DNA of 64,000 nt from an uncultured Bacteroidales bacterium (GCA_963737255.1 CAVTSB010000001.1:528379-592378); one strand, 5' to 3'; positions 30,619 through 41,034 are shown, counted from the first letter of the stretch. Made by a program: numbers and translations. Notes: generated by a model not told the origin, from the letters alone.

Positions 30619-32556
30619 ATGACAAAACATTCTTTAATTTTATTATTCTGCATTCTGATTGTAAGTGTTTCGATCAATGCCAGAGACATACACGTTTCGG
30701 TTAAAGGGAGTGATGTAAATGATGGTACTGCTTCAAAGCCATACAAAACAATAAGTCGGGCAGCCCAGGTTGTTATGCCTGGCGATGTGATCACAGTACA
30801 TGAAGGTGTATATCGAGAACAGATTACGCCTGCGCGAGGTGGAAACTCAGATAAAGAAAGAATTGTATATCATGCGGCTAAGGGTGAAAAGGTTGAGATA
30901 AAAGGATCTGAAATCATTAAAGGCTGGCAAAAGCTGGACAATGATACCTGGGTAGTAAAAATTCCAATTACCTTTTTCGGAAAATTCAATCCCTACAGCG
31001 ATTTAATCCGCGGCGACTGGTTTTATCCTACTCCCAAAGAGCGCATTTACCACACGGGAGCCGTTTATCTGAATGGGGATTGGCTGATGGAAGCACAAAA
31101 AAAAGAAGAGGTAATGGGATCAGCTGACGGAAAAAATCCCCTTTGGTGGACAGAAACCGATTCAACCACAACTACAATATGGGCACAATTCACAAATGCA
31201 GATCCCAATATAGAAACAGTTGAAATCAATGTCCGTCAGACTATTTTCTATCCCGACAAACCATTCATCAATTACATTACGGTTTCCGGGTTTATTTTGC
31301 AACATGCTGCTACTAATTGGGCTCCACCAACAGCAGAACAGATGGGGCTTATAGGAACTCATTGGAGCCGTGGCTGGATTATCGAAAACAATACCATACA
31401 GTATTCGAAGTGCGTGGGCGTTGCATTAGGTAAATATGGTGATCAATTCGACAATAAAGATACCGAATCGGCTGAAGGCTATGTGGGTACGATTAACCGG
31501 GCACTGGCATTCGGTTGGAATAAAGGAACAGTAGGCGGACATCTCGTTCGTAATAATACTATTGCTTATTGTGAGCAAACAGGTATTGTGGGAAGTATGG
31601 GTTGCGCTTTCAGTACCATTACCGGAAATACCATTCACGATATTCATGTCAGGCGATTATTTTCAGGCGCTGAAATGGCAGGGATAAAACTTCATGGTGC
31701 CGTAGATGTAATCATTGAAAAGAACCATATTTATTCCGCAAATATGGGTATATGGCTCGACTGGATGGCACAGGGGGCACAGGTAAACAACAATCTGATG
31801 CACGATAATTTACTTGACATATTCCTTGAAGTAAATCACGGTCCTGTGTTGGTAAGCAACAATATCCTGCTTTCCACAGCTTGTCTGCTAATGAATTCCA
31901 GTGGTGCCGCATTTGTACATAACCTTTTTGGTGGCAAAATAGATGTGATTTCATATGATTCACGCCTTACCCCATACCACAAACCTCACTCAACTTATGT
32001 TGAAAATCTTCACGATAATCCCGGGGGTGATGTCCGGTTTATTAATAACCTCTTTGTAAACCATGGTGATGCAAGCCAATACAGTCAAGCGCTTTTACCG
32101 GTTATCTTTGAGGGAAACGTTTTTACCAAAGGAAGTATAAGACCGATTCCCGATAACGGGGAAAAGAAATTCGGCGAATTGAGTGAAGCTGGAAAAGAGA
32201 AGTTTAATCGTTCCACCCCGGTGAATGCAGTAGAACGAAATTCACTTGTTGAGCATAACTTTGACACTGAAATCAAACTGATAATCGGGAAGATCGATAT
32301 TTATCTGGAACTTAACGTTGATAAGAATTGGGTTACAGGGGAAAAACGAAATATAGTAACTGCCGGTTTATTGGGAAGAGCCATCATCCCTGACCTCCCG
32401 TTCGAAAATGCCGATGGTTCACCTATTAAGATTGGCAATGATTATTTTGGCATGATGCGGAATACAGCCAATCCTTCACCCGGTCCCTTCGAGATAAGTA
32501 AAAGTGGCAGACAGGCGTCCCGGTCTTCGGAAAGAATAAATTTAACAATAATTTAA
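30619..32556 (+). CDS. GH120-like beta-xylosidase / right-handed beta-helix protein
   Basis: Signal peptide; HVSVKGSD..DGT..PYKTISRAA..PGDVITVHEGVYRE, WAPPTAEQ, EMAGIKLH, GIWLDW, EVNHGP. Confidence 0.8.
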   Translation: MTKHSLILLFCILIVSVSINARDIHVSVKGSDVNDGTASKPYKTISRAAQVVMPGDVITVHEGVYREQITPARGGNSDKERIVYHAAKGEKVEIKGSEIIKGWQKLDNDTWVVKIPITFFGKFNPYSDLIRGDWFYPTPKERIYHTGAVYLNGDWLMEAQKKEEVMGSADGKNPLWWTETDSTTTTIWAQFTNADPNIETVEINVRQTIFYPDKPFINYITVSGFILQHAATNWAPPTAEQMGLIGTHWSRGWIIENNTIQYSKCVGVALGKYGDQFDNKDTESAEGYVGTINRALAFGWNKGTVGGHLVRNNTIAYCEQTGIVGSMGCAFSTITGNTIHDIHVRRLFSGAEMAGIKLHGAVDVIIEKNHIYSANMGIWLDWMAQGAQVNNNLMHDNLLDIFLEVNHGPVLVSNNILLSTACLLMNSSGAAFVHNLFGGKIDVISYDSRLTPYHKPHSTYVENLHDNPGGDVRFINNLFVNHGDASQYSQALLPVIFEGNVFTKGSIRPIPDNGEKKFGELSEAGKEKFNRSTPVNAVERNSLVEHNFDTEIKLIIGKIDIYLELNVDKNWVTGEKRNIVTAGLLGRAIIPDLPFENADGSPIKIGNDYFGMMRNTANPSPGPFEISKSGRQASRSSERINLTII

Positions 32557-32598
32557 CTTACATTTACTGTTAATTATATTTTATTAATTACTTTTGCA

Positions 32599-32931
32599 TT
32601 GAAAATATCCTTTGGAGATAAAAAGTTAGAAAAGCTGGCAAATGATTACAGGAAGTGTCAAAAAGCGCTTGGCCAATTAAGAGCCAAATTATATAATAAA
32701 CGCTTACTTGATTTACATAACTCTCAAACACTTGAGGATGTTAGAAATTTACCAGGTCATTACCATGAACTTAAAGAGGACCGAAAAGGCCAATGGTCAT
32801 GTGATCTTGATCAACCATATAGACTTATTTTTGAACCTCAGGAAAAACCAATACCAGCTGATAAATCTGGTAAATATATTTGGCTTGAAATAAAAGGAGT
32901 TTAAATTATTGAAATAACAGATTATCATTGA
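32599..32931 (+). CDS. higB: HigB-type (RelE superfamily) toxin interrupted by a premature TAA at 32902-32904
   Basis: GHYHELKEDRKGQWSCDLDQPYRLIF; the frame continues after TAA as IIEITDYH-TGA, the typical HigB C-terminus. Confidence 0.75.
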
Positions 32932-32947
32932 CTTAGACAGAACAATT

Positions 32948-34036
32948 ATGGCAAATCTTAATCAGTATATTCCACAAGTTGCTTTTCATCCAGGTGAGAC
33001 TCTCTCGGAAAAATTGGATGAACTAGGAATGGGGCCAAAAGAATTCGCTGTTCGAACCGGGAAACCTGAAAAAACAATTATTGCAATTATCAAAGGTAAA
33101 AGTTCTATTACTGCAGAAATGGCAGTTCAATTCGAACATGTACTTAAGATACCGGCTCATTTTTGGTTAAATATACAGCGTAACTATGATGAGTTTGTTG
33201 CACGTGAAGAACGAAAAACAGTTCTTACGGCTTCCATTGGTTGGGCAAAACTATTCCCAATAACAGAAATGATAAAAAAAGGTTGGTTACCTCAAAACAA
33301 ATCTATAGAAAGCAGGACTGCAGATTTGCTGGCTTTCTTCAGTTTAAGTAACCATGTTGCCTGGGAAGATTACTATTTAAAACAACAGCTTAAAGTTGCA
33401 TTCAGAATTTCACTTGCACACACAAAGGAACCCTATGCAATCTCAGCTTGGCTACGCAAAGGAGACCTTCAAGCATCAGAATTAACTGCAATTGATTACA
33501 ATGAAAAAAACTTCAAGGATGCTTTGCCTGATATCAAGTCAGTAATGGCTAAACACCCGGTTGATTTTCCCAAAAAATTACAATCAATCTGTTTAGCCGC
33601 CGGCGTAAAAGTTGTTTATACTCCATGTTTACCAAAAGCACCAATAGTTGGATCAACCAGATGGCTTAATGATACTCCACTTATCCAATTATCAGGTAGA
33701 TACAAAAGAAATGATAGTTTTTGGTTTACATTTTTCCACGAAGCTGGGCATATAATCTTACATGGGAAGAAAGACATTTTCTTAGAAAAAATTGATTATT
33801 CAGATTTTGATAGAAATAAGGAAGAAGAGGCTGATAGTTTTGCCATTAAATGGACACTTACAGAAGAAGAAGAACAAGAAATTATTGAATCTGCACCATT
33901 AACTGAAGCTGATATTAAATCTTTCGCAAAAAGATTTAATACACATCCTGCAATAATCATTGGAAGATTACAACATGATGAGTTAATTCCATATGGATTA
34001 GGAAGACAATTCTTTAGACCTGTTGAGTTTAATTAA
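32948..34036 (+). CDS. higA: HigA-family antitoxin (Xre HTH) fused to an ImmA/IrrE metallopeptidase domain
   Basis: FHPGETL.E.L, ITAEMA, FWLNIQRNYD; C-terminal FWFTFFHEAGHI, E.EADSFA. Confidence 0.85.
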   Translation: MANLNQYIPQVAFHPGETLSEKLDELGMGPKEFAVRTGKPEKTIIAIIKGKSSITAEMAVQFEHVLKIPAHFWLNIQRNYDEFVAREERKTVLTASIGWAKLFPITEMIKKGWLPQNKSIESRTADLLAFFSLSNHVAWEDYYLKQQLKVAFRISLAHTKEPYAISAWLRKGDLQASELTAIDYNEKNFKDALPDIKSVMAKHPVDFPKKLQSICLAAGVKVVYTPCLPKAPIVGSTRWLNDTPLIQLSGRYKRNDSFWFTFFHEAGHIILHGKKDIFLEKIDYSDFDRNKEEEADSFAIKWTLTEEEEQEIIESAPLTEADIKSFAKRFNTHPAIIIGRLQHDELIPYGLGRQFFRPVEFN

Positions 34037-34132
34037 ATCCATCGCTCAGATCGCTTTAGATTGACCAGAAAGACGTCCGGGGCAAGGTTCTTAGACAGAC
34101 TCCCGTTGTGTGCAATTATAAAAAATGACATT

Positions 34133-34783
34133 GTGTTAAAAGAGAGACCCTTAATTGATAAAGAAATAAGAATCCTCAAGAAGGATATAAACCAGCTTGC
34201 CAAAAGAAATACTTTTCAAAAGAGGTTTCTGCTTGGTTGGACTATTGTGGCTATGATTGTTGTTACAATTGTTTTCTTTAGACTTGATTCGAAGGCCGAA
34301 TATTATCTTTTATTTGGGGCTGTAGTCATTTACATTTTGATTGGAGTATGGGTTTATCTTGAGAATGTTATTAAAATTAAGAAACAGAAGAATAGTATTG
34401 ACTTTGTTTTGGCAGAGAATAAGGCAAAATCAATTAAAATTGTTTCGAATAAGTATATTGAACTGTCTGAAGTCGAAGATGAAGGAGTATTCTATTTGTT
34501 CCAGATTGAGGATAATAAAATCCTTTCTTTTGGCGGTCAAGATTATTATCCAACTAATAAATTCCCAAGTGATGATTTTGAGATAGTAATGTGTCATGGG
34601 AAATCAGGGGAATTAGTACTACTTGAAAAATATGTAAACGGAAATAGAATTCAGCCGATTCAGAAAATAACTGGACATAGAAAACTGGAATTAATAAGTA
34701 GGTCAAAGTATCCAAACCCGAATAATTTTACAGTTATAGAGGGACAAATTGTACAAATTGAAAGTTTATTAATGAAAAAATAA
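34133..34783 (+). CDS. Hypothetical two-TM membrane protein (cassette gene)
   Basis: Likely GTG start at 34133; bracketed by GTTGTGTGC (34105-34113) and GCACACAAT (34786-34794). Confidence 0.7.
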   Translation: MLKERPLIDKEIRILKKDINQLAKRNTFQKRFLLGWTIVAMIVVTIVFFRLDSKAEYYLLFGAVVIYILIGVWVYLENVIKIKKQKNSIDFVLAENKAKSIKIVSNKYIELSEVEDEGVFYLFQIEDNKILSFGGQDYYPTNKFPSDDFEIVMCHGKSGELVLLEKYVNGNRIQPIQKITGHRKLELISRSKYPNPNNFTVIEGQIVQIESLLMKK

Positions 34784-34791
34784 CCGCACAC

Positions 34792-35082
34792 AATACATAT
34801 GGCTTTAAACGGTGCGAAGCACCCGGTGGTGAGCACCGGTTGAACAAATTCCCTCAGATGATTTACTATGGTGACTAAACCGGATTTTATAATTATTAAG
34901 TAAGATGATTGATCAGGGCAAGATTTTGGATTATTCCCATATAGGGATGCCATGCCGTGACTTTACAATCGACATAAGATAATGCCGTAGGGATATGCCA
35001 TGCATCCCTACCAAAACCATGGCATGTGCCTACCAACACAAAAAACAAATCAATTTACCAGGGAGCCCGGGAGACTCCTGTT
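34792..35082 (+). repeat. Mosaic spacer: 5' part of the long element (copy C), GTAG-type REPs, and a GGAGACTCCT-GTT end
   Basis: GCTTTAAACGGTGCGAAGCACCCGGTGG at ~34802; GTAGGGATATGCCATGCATCCCTAC at 34987-35011; CCTACCAACACAAAA.ACAAATCAATTT...CCCGGGAGACTCC shared with 47386-47441. Confidence 0.8.
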
Positions 35083-35132
35083 AAGTAACATAAAATTTCT
35101 ACCTGCAGATTAATCACTAAAAATTGGTATTT

Positions 35133-36119
35133 ATGAAATTATTAATTTTAATTGCCGTAATCATATTTTTTACAAATTGCAGGCACGATAAATCCGTCTG
35201 GGAGATGAAAACGCCCATGAGTACCAATCGTGCATTTCATTCCATTGCAGCTATTAATAATAAAATCTATGTATTCGGCGGATCTACCGGTAAAAAATCT
35301 GAATTCAGGGATACATCTTGTTCCGAGATGTATGATCCTCAAAAAAATAAATGGATTAGCCTCGCTCCGATGCCAGAACCTATAACTACTTCTTGTGCAA
35401 TAGCCCTGGGTAGAAAGATTTACATAATTGGCGGACAACAAAGCATTTTTTCCAAAAGAATTAGCAAAGTTTTATTATATGATCGTATTTCGAATGAATG
35501 GACTTATAAATCTCCAATGAATATTGCCCGGGCGTTTCATTGCGTAACAGCTTTAAACAATAAGATATATGCAATTGGCGGAAGAGAGTCTGATTCAGAA
35601 ATAAAATCTAAAAGAAGGGATTCACTGGCTGTTTATACGATCGAGGAATACAATACTAACACTGACAAATGGACCATAAAGAAAATATTACCTTTCAGGC
35701 ACTTTGCTATAGGCGCTGCAACAATCAATAACAAAATTTATATTCTTTCAGATACCATTAGCAATTTCACATTGGGGAAATCTGCAATCATGGAAGAATA
35801 TGATCCAGCAAAGAACTCCCTGAAAATTATCGCATCAATGACTCCTTCAAGATATGACGTTGCAATGACAACAGCCAATAATAAAATATATGTATTTGGA
35901 GGTTGGAATCAAGGCTCACTTTCCTTAGTTGAAGAATATGATCCTGAGTTGGATAAGTGGACTAATAAAAGCAATTTACCTTTTGCCATTCAAAATTGTC
36001 AGGCAATTTCCATCAGGAATCGCATTTTTATTTGTGGTGGAATAATTTATCCAAGGGATGGAAATGAAAAGCTGGATTTCATGATAGAATATTTTTCTAA
36101 TAGAGACAAACCAAACTAA
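35133..36119 (+). CDS. Kelch-repeat lipoprotein
   Basis: Lipobox FTNC; repeated KIYVFGG...YDP..N.W; bracketed by GTTAAGTAA (35080-35088) and TTACTTAAT (36141-36149). Confidence 0.9.
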   Translation: MKLLILIAVIIFFTNCRHDKSVWEMKTPMSTNRAFHSIAAINNKIYVFGGSTGKKSEFRDTSCSEMYDPQKNKWISLAPMPEPITTSCAIALGRKIYIIGGQQSIFSKRISKVLLYDRISNEWTYKSPMNIARAFHCVTALNNKIYAIGGRESDSEIKSKRRDSLAVYTIEEYNTNTDKWTIKKILPFRHFAIGAATINNKIYILSDTISNFTLGKSAIMEEYDPAKNSLKIIASMTPSRYDVAMTTANNKIYVFGGWNQGSLSLVEEYDPELDKWTNKSNLPFAIQNCQAISIRNRIFICGGIIYPRDGNEKLDFMIEYFSNRDKPN

Positions 36120-36146
36120 GCCCAGTTGATTGAAAATACATTACTT

Positions 36147-36178
36147 AATACATACAGCTTTAAACGGTGAGCAGCACC
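36147..36178 (+). repeat. 5' fragment of the long spacer element, copy D
   Basis: AATACATACAGCTTTAAACGGTGAGCAGCACC. Confidence 0.7.
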
Positions 36179-36313
36179 AACTTATGGAAAGTTACCGGCC
36201 AACTGTAGTAATAAATCCTACTGGTACAAACCAATAGATGAATTTGCTGATCTGCTGAACCAACGCGCTATAACTTAATTACATTTTTTAATAAAAACGT
36301 CATACTACATTCA

Positions 36314-37432
36314 ATGAGAAAGATAGTCTCTGTAATTTTATTTTTAGTGAGTTTGGTTACTTCCGGACAGAAAATCTCATTCAGCCAGGATTTATTATCT
36401 ACCAACGATCAGGAAATCATTGCCATAAGAGAGTTCTGGAAAGTATACGTTAGTGAGTGTGCGAGAAGTAAGGGCTCAGCATTCAAAAAGCATTGGAATC
36501 CTACTGAACTTGAACAAGGATTTACAGATATTGTAAACGATGAGCTTCCCATCTACTCACTTGGAGAGTTAGTAACCTTTGAAATAAAAAAAGAGACTAA
36601 TGGCTTTTACCGAATCAGAAGTAAAGTACTACCATTGGATCCTAACGACAAAAGCGTTTATGCAATTTTCAATATTTATGCGAAAAAGAATGAATCGGTC
36701 TATAAACTGTACAACCAATTCTTTTTTACAAAATCCAAATTAAACCATTTCCAATCAGGAGCTATCGATTACTATTATCCGGTAAACTATAATTTTTCAA
36801 TTAAGAAAGCCAAAGAAACTGCTGATTTCTATTCCAATATCTCAACGCTCTATGGTAATGCCAACAAAAACAAAATTACCTGTATCATTGGTAATACTTT
36901 TAATGAAGCCAACCGTTTTGTTGGATTTGATACTTCTATTATCTCCAGCAACTCTCTATATGCTGGCTATTCAATCAGGAATCAAAATATTATTCTTTCA
37001 TGCCGGGAAGACCATTTTCATGAGATTGTACATGCAGTCTTTTTTAAAATATTTCCCAATGCACCAGCATTATTTCATGAGGGAATAGCTACTTATTATG
37101 GTGGGACTGGAGGACAAGAGTATTCGAATCTTATCAGCCAATTAAGAAGCTTCATTAACAACAAACCGGGTATCGATTTATCAAATTTTGATAGTCTTAA
37201 TATTACTTTAGACAATGGAATAAATCATTTCTATTCAGTTGGAGCCATCTTTATCAATTATGCATTAAAAATTGGGGGACATAATAAGGTTTTGACATTA
37301 TTTCAATATTCAGTTTCCAATCCAACAAATTGGGACAATCCTGTACCTGCAATTAAAAATGAATTTGGAATTGAGAAAGATCAGATTGACTCATTTTTAA
37401 AAAAATATGTTCACGATTACAAAGACAATTAA
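36314..37432 (+). CDS. Secreted hypothetical protein with gluzincin-like HExxH...E motif
   Basis: Signal peptide; HEIVH followed by FHEGIATYYGG. Confidence 0.7.
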   Translation: MRKIVSVILFLVSLVTSGQKISFSQDLLSTNDQEIIAIREFWKVYVSECARSKGSAFKKHWNPTELEQGFTDIVNDELPIYSLGELVTFEIKKETNGFYRIRSKVLPLDPNDKSVYAIFNIYAKKNESVYKLYNQFFFTKSKLNHFQSGAIDYYYPVNYNFSIKKAKETADFYSNISTLYGNANKNKITCIIGNTFNEANRFVGFDTSIISSNSLYAGYSIRNQNIILSCREDHFHEIVHAVFFKIFPNAPALFHEGIATYYGGTGGQEYSNLISQLRSFINNKPGIDLSNFDSLNITLDNGINHFYSVGAIFINYALKIGGHNKVLTLFQYSVSNPTNWDNPVPAIKNEFGIEKDQIDSFLKKYVHDYKDN

Positions 37433-37481
37433 TCTCTCGAGACAAATGGGTGACATATACCATGATTAAAAAACGCACTAT

Positions 37482-37569
37482 AATACCCAGGACTTTTAAC
37501 GGTTTAAAGCGCCCGGTGGGGATCTCTGGTTGAATTTTATCCCTTACAGAAGAAAAATCTGCAAGAATT
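37482..37569 (+). repeat. 5' part of the long spacer element, copy E
   Basis: AATACCCAGGACTTTTAACGG...CCCGGTGGGGATCTCTGGTTGAATTTTATCC...AATCTGCAAGAATT, close to copy A. Confidence 0.85.
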
Positions 37570-37654
37570 GATTAATCCTTTGCATCTATATTTCAGGCTG
37601 GATTTATAAAAGAAAAAACATTCCATCTGAGCATCTGGAAAAATTATTGCAGGA

Positions 37655-38065
37655 TTGAGCTTTGGATTTATCAGACTTGGAAACTTTATGAATTCTGAAA
37701 TTATCGGCATTCCGACAACAAAACCCTGGGGTGTGATTTTTGAGCGGGTTGATTACGTACCAAGACACCCGGCTCAATTGTACGAGGCGATTTCTTATTT
37801 TATCATTTTTGCGGTTATGATGATTCTTTACAAAAAAATGAGAGACAGACTCAAGAACGGATTCTTTTTTGGGCTTGCAACTGTATTATTTTTTACAGCC
37901 AGATTTATAATTGAATTTGTAAAGGAGAACCAGGTCGGATTTGAAGATGGAATGAAATTCAATATGGGGCAACTTTTGAGTCTTCCTTACATTGTCGTGG
38001 GAATTGGATTTATTATTTATGGATTAATGAAAACTAGAAAATTACTCAACGCTGACATCCAATAA
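37655..38065 (+). pseudogene. lgt: C-terminal half of prolipoprotein diacylglyceryl transferase (5'-truncated)
   Basis: [47 protein letters not shown]; N-terminal half absent. Confidence 0.8.
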
Positions 38066-38198
38066 TTAAGTTTCTTCCTATCTGGACAACTTCGTAAACC
38101 TCGAGATTGCTGCATCATGACAATTAATGCACGTTAAAAAAACAAATTAAAAACTGGTACACTTTTTGTAACAATTTGTATATCTAACACCTAAGGTC

Positions 38199-38642
38199 GT
38201 GAAAAAACTTCTTATTTTTCCTTTGATAGTCATTTTTCTGATCTCATGCAAAAAGGAAACTTCTTCCTTTATTGCCAAATATCAGATGATCTCTGGAACA
38301 TGGAATCTTCAATTCATTTCCTATGATAGTTCAGGAGTTAAGATTACCAAAACATTATCATATAACAGATTGGTAATAAAGGATAATCTTGAATATCAAA
38401 TCTATATTGACCTGATTAATCAGGTTGAACACGGGACTATTAACATTATTACTCAAACCAACAACAAACTAGAACTCTATTTTGATGCTCAATGGCCAGG
38501 ATATAGTTCATTTTTTGGGTCCCATGTCTTTGGGGCTACTAATGTAGAATTGGTTTCGCTTTCGGACAAGGAATTGATTATCAAGACAATCAATGCTGGA
38601 TATGCAGAATATTCAGATCGGGAAATTGTTTTTAAAAGATAA
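38199..38642 (+). CDS. Hypothetical lipoprotein (lipocalin-like)
   Basis: Lipobox LISC-KK; ISGTW motif. Confidence 0.7.
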   Translation: MKKLLIFPLIVIFLISCKKETSSFIAKYQMISGTWNLQFISYDSSGVKITKTLSYNRLVIKDNLEYQIYIDLINQVEHGTINIITQTNNKLELYFDAQWPGYSSFFGSHVFGATNVELVSLSDKELIIKTINAGYAEYSDREIVFKR

Positions 38643-39222
38643 TAGTCAAATTACCGGACAGTCATTTCTAAGGATATATTTCTATCAATTGCACACAGAT
38701 TGACCCCAGTATTCTATTTAAAAAGAGCGAAACATAAGAACTAAACATAACGGACAAAAGGTAAGTTGTTCGTCACAGTTTTTGCTTTCCTGCCTGCCGC
38801 CTGCAACTTCGCTCCGTACTTTGGACAAAGCGCGTATTTTTGGATGTGTATTTGAAGGGTATCTTAAAACAGATCCGGAGGGATATTATGTGTTTGCTCT
38901 TTTGATCAATTGATTACCAGCAATTCGTAACGTAAATGTTTCCAGTCAGAACATTTATACGGCAGTAAAAAACGTATTCTGAAAAATGGAATCAATACAG
39001 GGTAAATAGATTCTCTCGGGTCATTAAGTTGTCAAAGATATAATAAACAATTATTAGCATGAGATTAAGTCATCAAAATGAGAAACAATTGACCGGGAAT
39101 TCAACAAAGCCCGGCATAGAAAGGTTAATGGAATCGGATAATAACCCACTATAGTTTTGGACAATAAATTATTTTGCTCATTGATTGACTGACTAATTTT
39201 AAAACATACTAAAAAATAACTT

Positions 39223-39543
39223 ATGATTTGCAGAATTTGGCATGGTTATACAACCAAAGATAATGCTGATACTTATGAAAATCTTCTTCAAAATGAAATT
39301 TTTATCGGCATTAAAAGCAGAAATATAGAGGGATACAAAGGTATTCAGCTGCTCAGGCAGGAACTTCCTCTCGAAACTGAATTTATAACTATCATGTGGT
39401 TTGACTCGATCGATGCGGTCATTAAATTTGCCGGGGAGGAATATCAGACTGCAGTAGTTCCAGGGAAGGCTCAGGAAGTTCTATCGAGATTTGACAAAAC
39501 TTCTCAACATTACACCGTAAAAATCGACAACTTTAAAATTTAA
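39223..39543 (+). CDS. Antibiotic biosynthesis monooxygenase (ABM)-like protein
   Basis: MICRIWHGYT...GYKGIQLLR...FITIMWFDSIDAV..FAG..Y..AVVP. Confidence 0.8.
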   Translation: MICRIWHGYTTKDNADTYENLLQNEIFIGIKSRNIEGYKGIQLLRQELPLETEFITIMWFDSIDAVIKFAGEEYQTAVVPGKAQEVLSRFDKTSQHYTVKIDNFKI

Positions 39544-39717
39544 TTTAGCTTGGCGATACAAAACTAAAAGAAAGGAACATTGCCTGATACAACCAAATAA
39601 ATTTGTCTTTAATGTTAATGTATAATATCAAAGAACCAGGTAAGAAATTAAAATTCTCAGTAGGACTCAGAAACTCTTTAATCGCTTAAAATAAAGAACG
39701 AAAACCTGACATGGACA

Positions 39718-40458
39718 ATGACAACTTATGAAAATATTTTTGAAAATACCTATAATAACCAGTTCCGGGCTGAATCATATTCTAAACTCGAATTCCCAAA
39801 TACTTACTATCTGGCATATCGGGATCTGCCTGAAATTATTTCTGCTCACGTTGCAGGCTCCAAAGCAATAGACTTTGGATGCGGAACCGGTCGATCAACA
39901 AGATTCTTAAAACAACTCGGATTTAATGTAATTGGCATTGACATCTCAAATGACATGCTCGAAATTGCCAAAAAACTTGACACAACAGGCGATTACCAAC
40001 CAGTCACCGATGGCAACTATAGCCACCTTGGAATCAATCAATTCGACCTCATTCAATCTATATTCACCTTTGACAACATTCCTGGTTGGGAAAATAGAAC
40101 TAACATTTTGAAAGGACTTCATGATCTGCTGAAACCGACCGGGAAAATTATTTGCCTTGATTCTACACCGGAACTTTACACAAATGAATGGGCATCATTC
40201 TCAACCAAGGACTTTCCAGATAACCGGAATGCTAATACAGGAGACATTGTTCGTGATATAATGTTAGATGTTGAAGACCGAAGACCCGTTGAAGATATCT
40301 TTTGGACAGTTTCAGATTACCATAAACTCTTTTCCAAAGCAGGATTGATTCTCGAGGCAACTTATAAACCAATTGGGTACAAAGACGAACCATTTAAATG
40401 GATTTCAGAACTTCATACTGCTCCATGGATGATTTTTGTGCTGCAAAAGAAATATTAG
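39718..40458 (+). CDS. Class I SAM-dependent methyltransferase
   Basis: AIDFGCGTGRS, IGIDIS..ML, LKPTGKII. Confidence 0.9.
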   Translation: MTTYENIFENTYNNQFRAESYSKLEFPNTYYLAYRDLPEIISAHVAGSKAIDFGCGTGRSTRFLKQLGFNVIGIDISNDMLEIAKKLDTTGDYQPVTDGNYSHLGINQFDLIQSIFTFDNIPGWENRTNILKGLHDLLKPTGKIICLDSTPELYTNEWASFSTKDFPDNRNANTGDIVRDIMLDVEDRRPVEDIFWTVSDYHKLFSKAGLILEATYKPIGYKDEPFKWISELHTAPWMIFVLQKKY

Positions 40459-40559
40459 AATCTCACTTCTGAATCAACTTTTGCCATGACCAGATATGTG
40501 GGTTTTACATTTGGCCTTGTGCTTAATTTTAAAAACAGAAAAACTGAATCCATTTCAAA

Positions 40560-41021
40560 ATGAATGAAAATAGAAAATACACTGCATATTGTGGATTGTA
40601 TTGCAAAGACTGTATACCTTCTAATAGCGAGCTTTTCACTCTGATAGATAACTTAGCGGATTTGTTGGATAATTTGGGTTTTGAGCATTATGCGAAGTTT
40701 AAATCCATGCGAATCAAAGAATTTCAGAATTATGGGACCTTTAGAAGCCTTTTAACTGAAATGAAAAAGCTTAAATGTGAAACAAACTGTTTTGAAGGTC
40801 CTGTTTCTGAATATGGTTGCAATAAAAATTGTGAGATGCGGGAATGTGTAATTGAAAAGGGCATTGAGGGATGTTGGGACTGCAAAGATTACAAAATATG
40901 TAAAAAGCTTGAAATACATAAAAATTTTCACCCTGGAATGGAGAACAACCTGGATATGATTAAGGAATTTGGACTTGACAATTGGCTTGACAAAAAGGGA
41001 AAGCATTATAAGTGGAGGTAA
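40560..41021 (+). CDS. DUF3795-family Cys-rich protein
   Basis: AYCGLYCKDC...CEMREC..KG..GCWDC; bracketed by TTGTGCTTAATTTTA (40517-40531) and TAAAACGAAGCACAA (41022-41036). Confidence 0.8.
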   Translation: MNENRKYTAYCGLYCKDCIPSNSELFTLIDNLADLLDNLGFEHYAKFKSMRIKEFQNYGTFRSLLTEMKKLKCETNCFEGPVSEYGCNKNCEMRECVIEKGIEGCWDCKDYKICKKLEIHKNFHPGMENNLDMIKEFGLDNWLDKKGKHYKWR

Positions 41022-41034
41022 TAAAACGAAGCAC

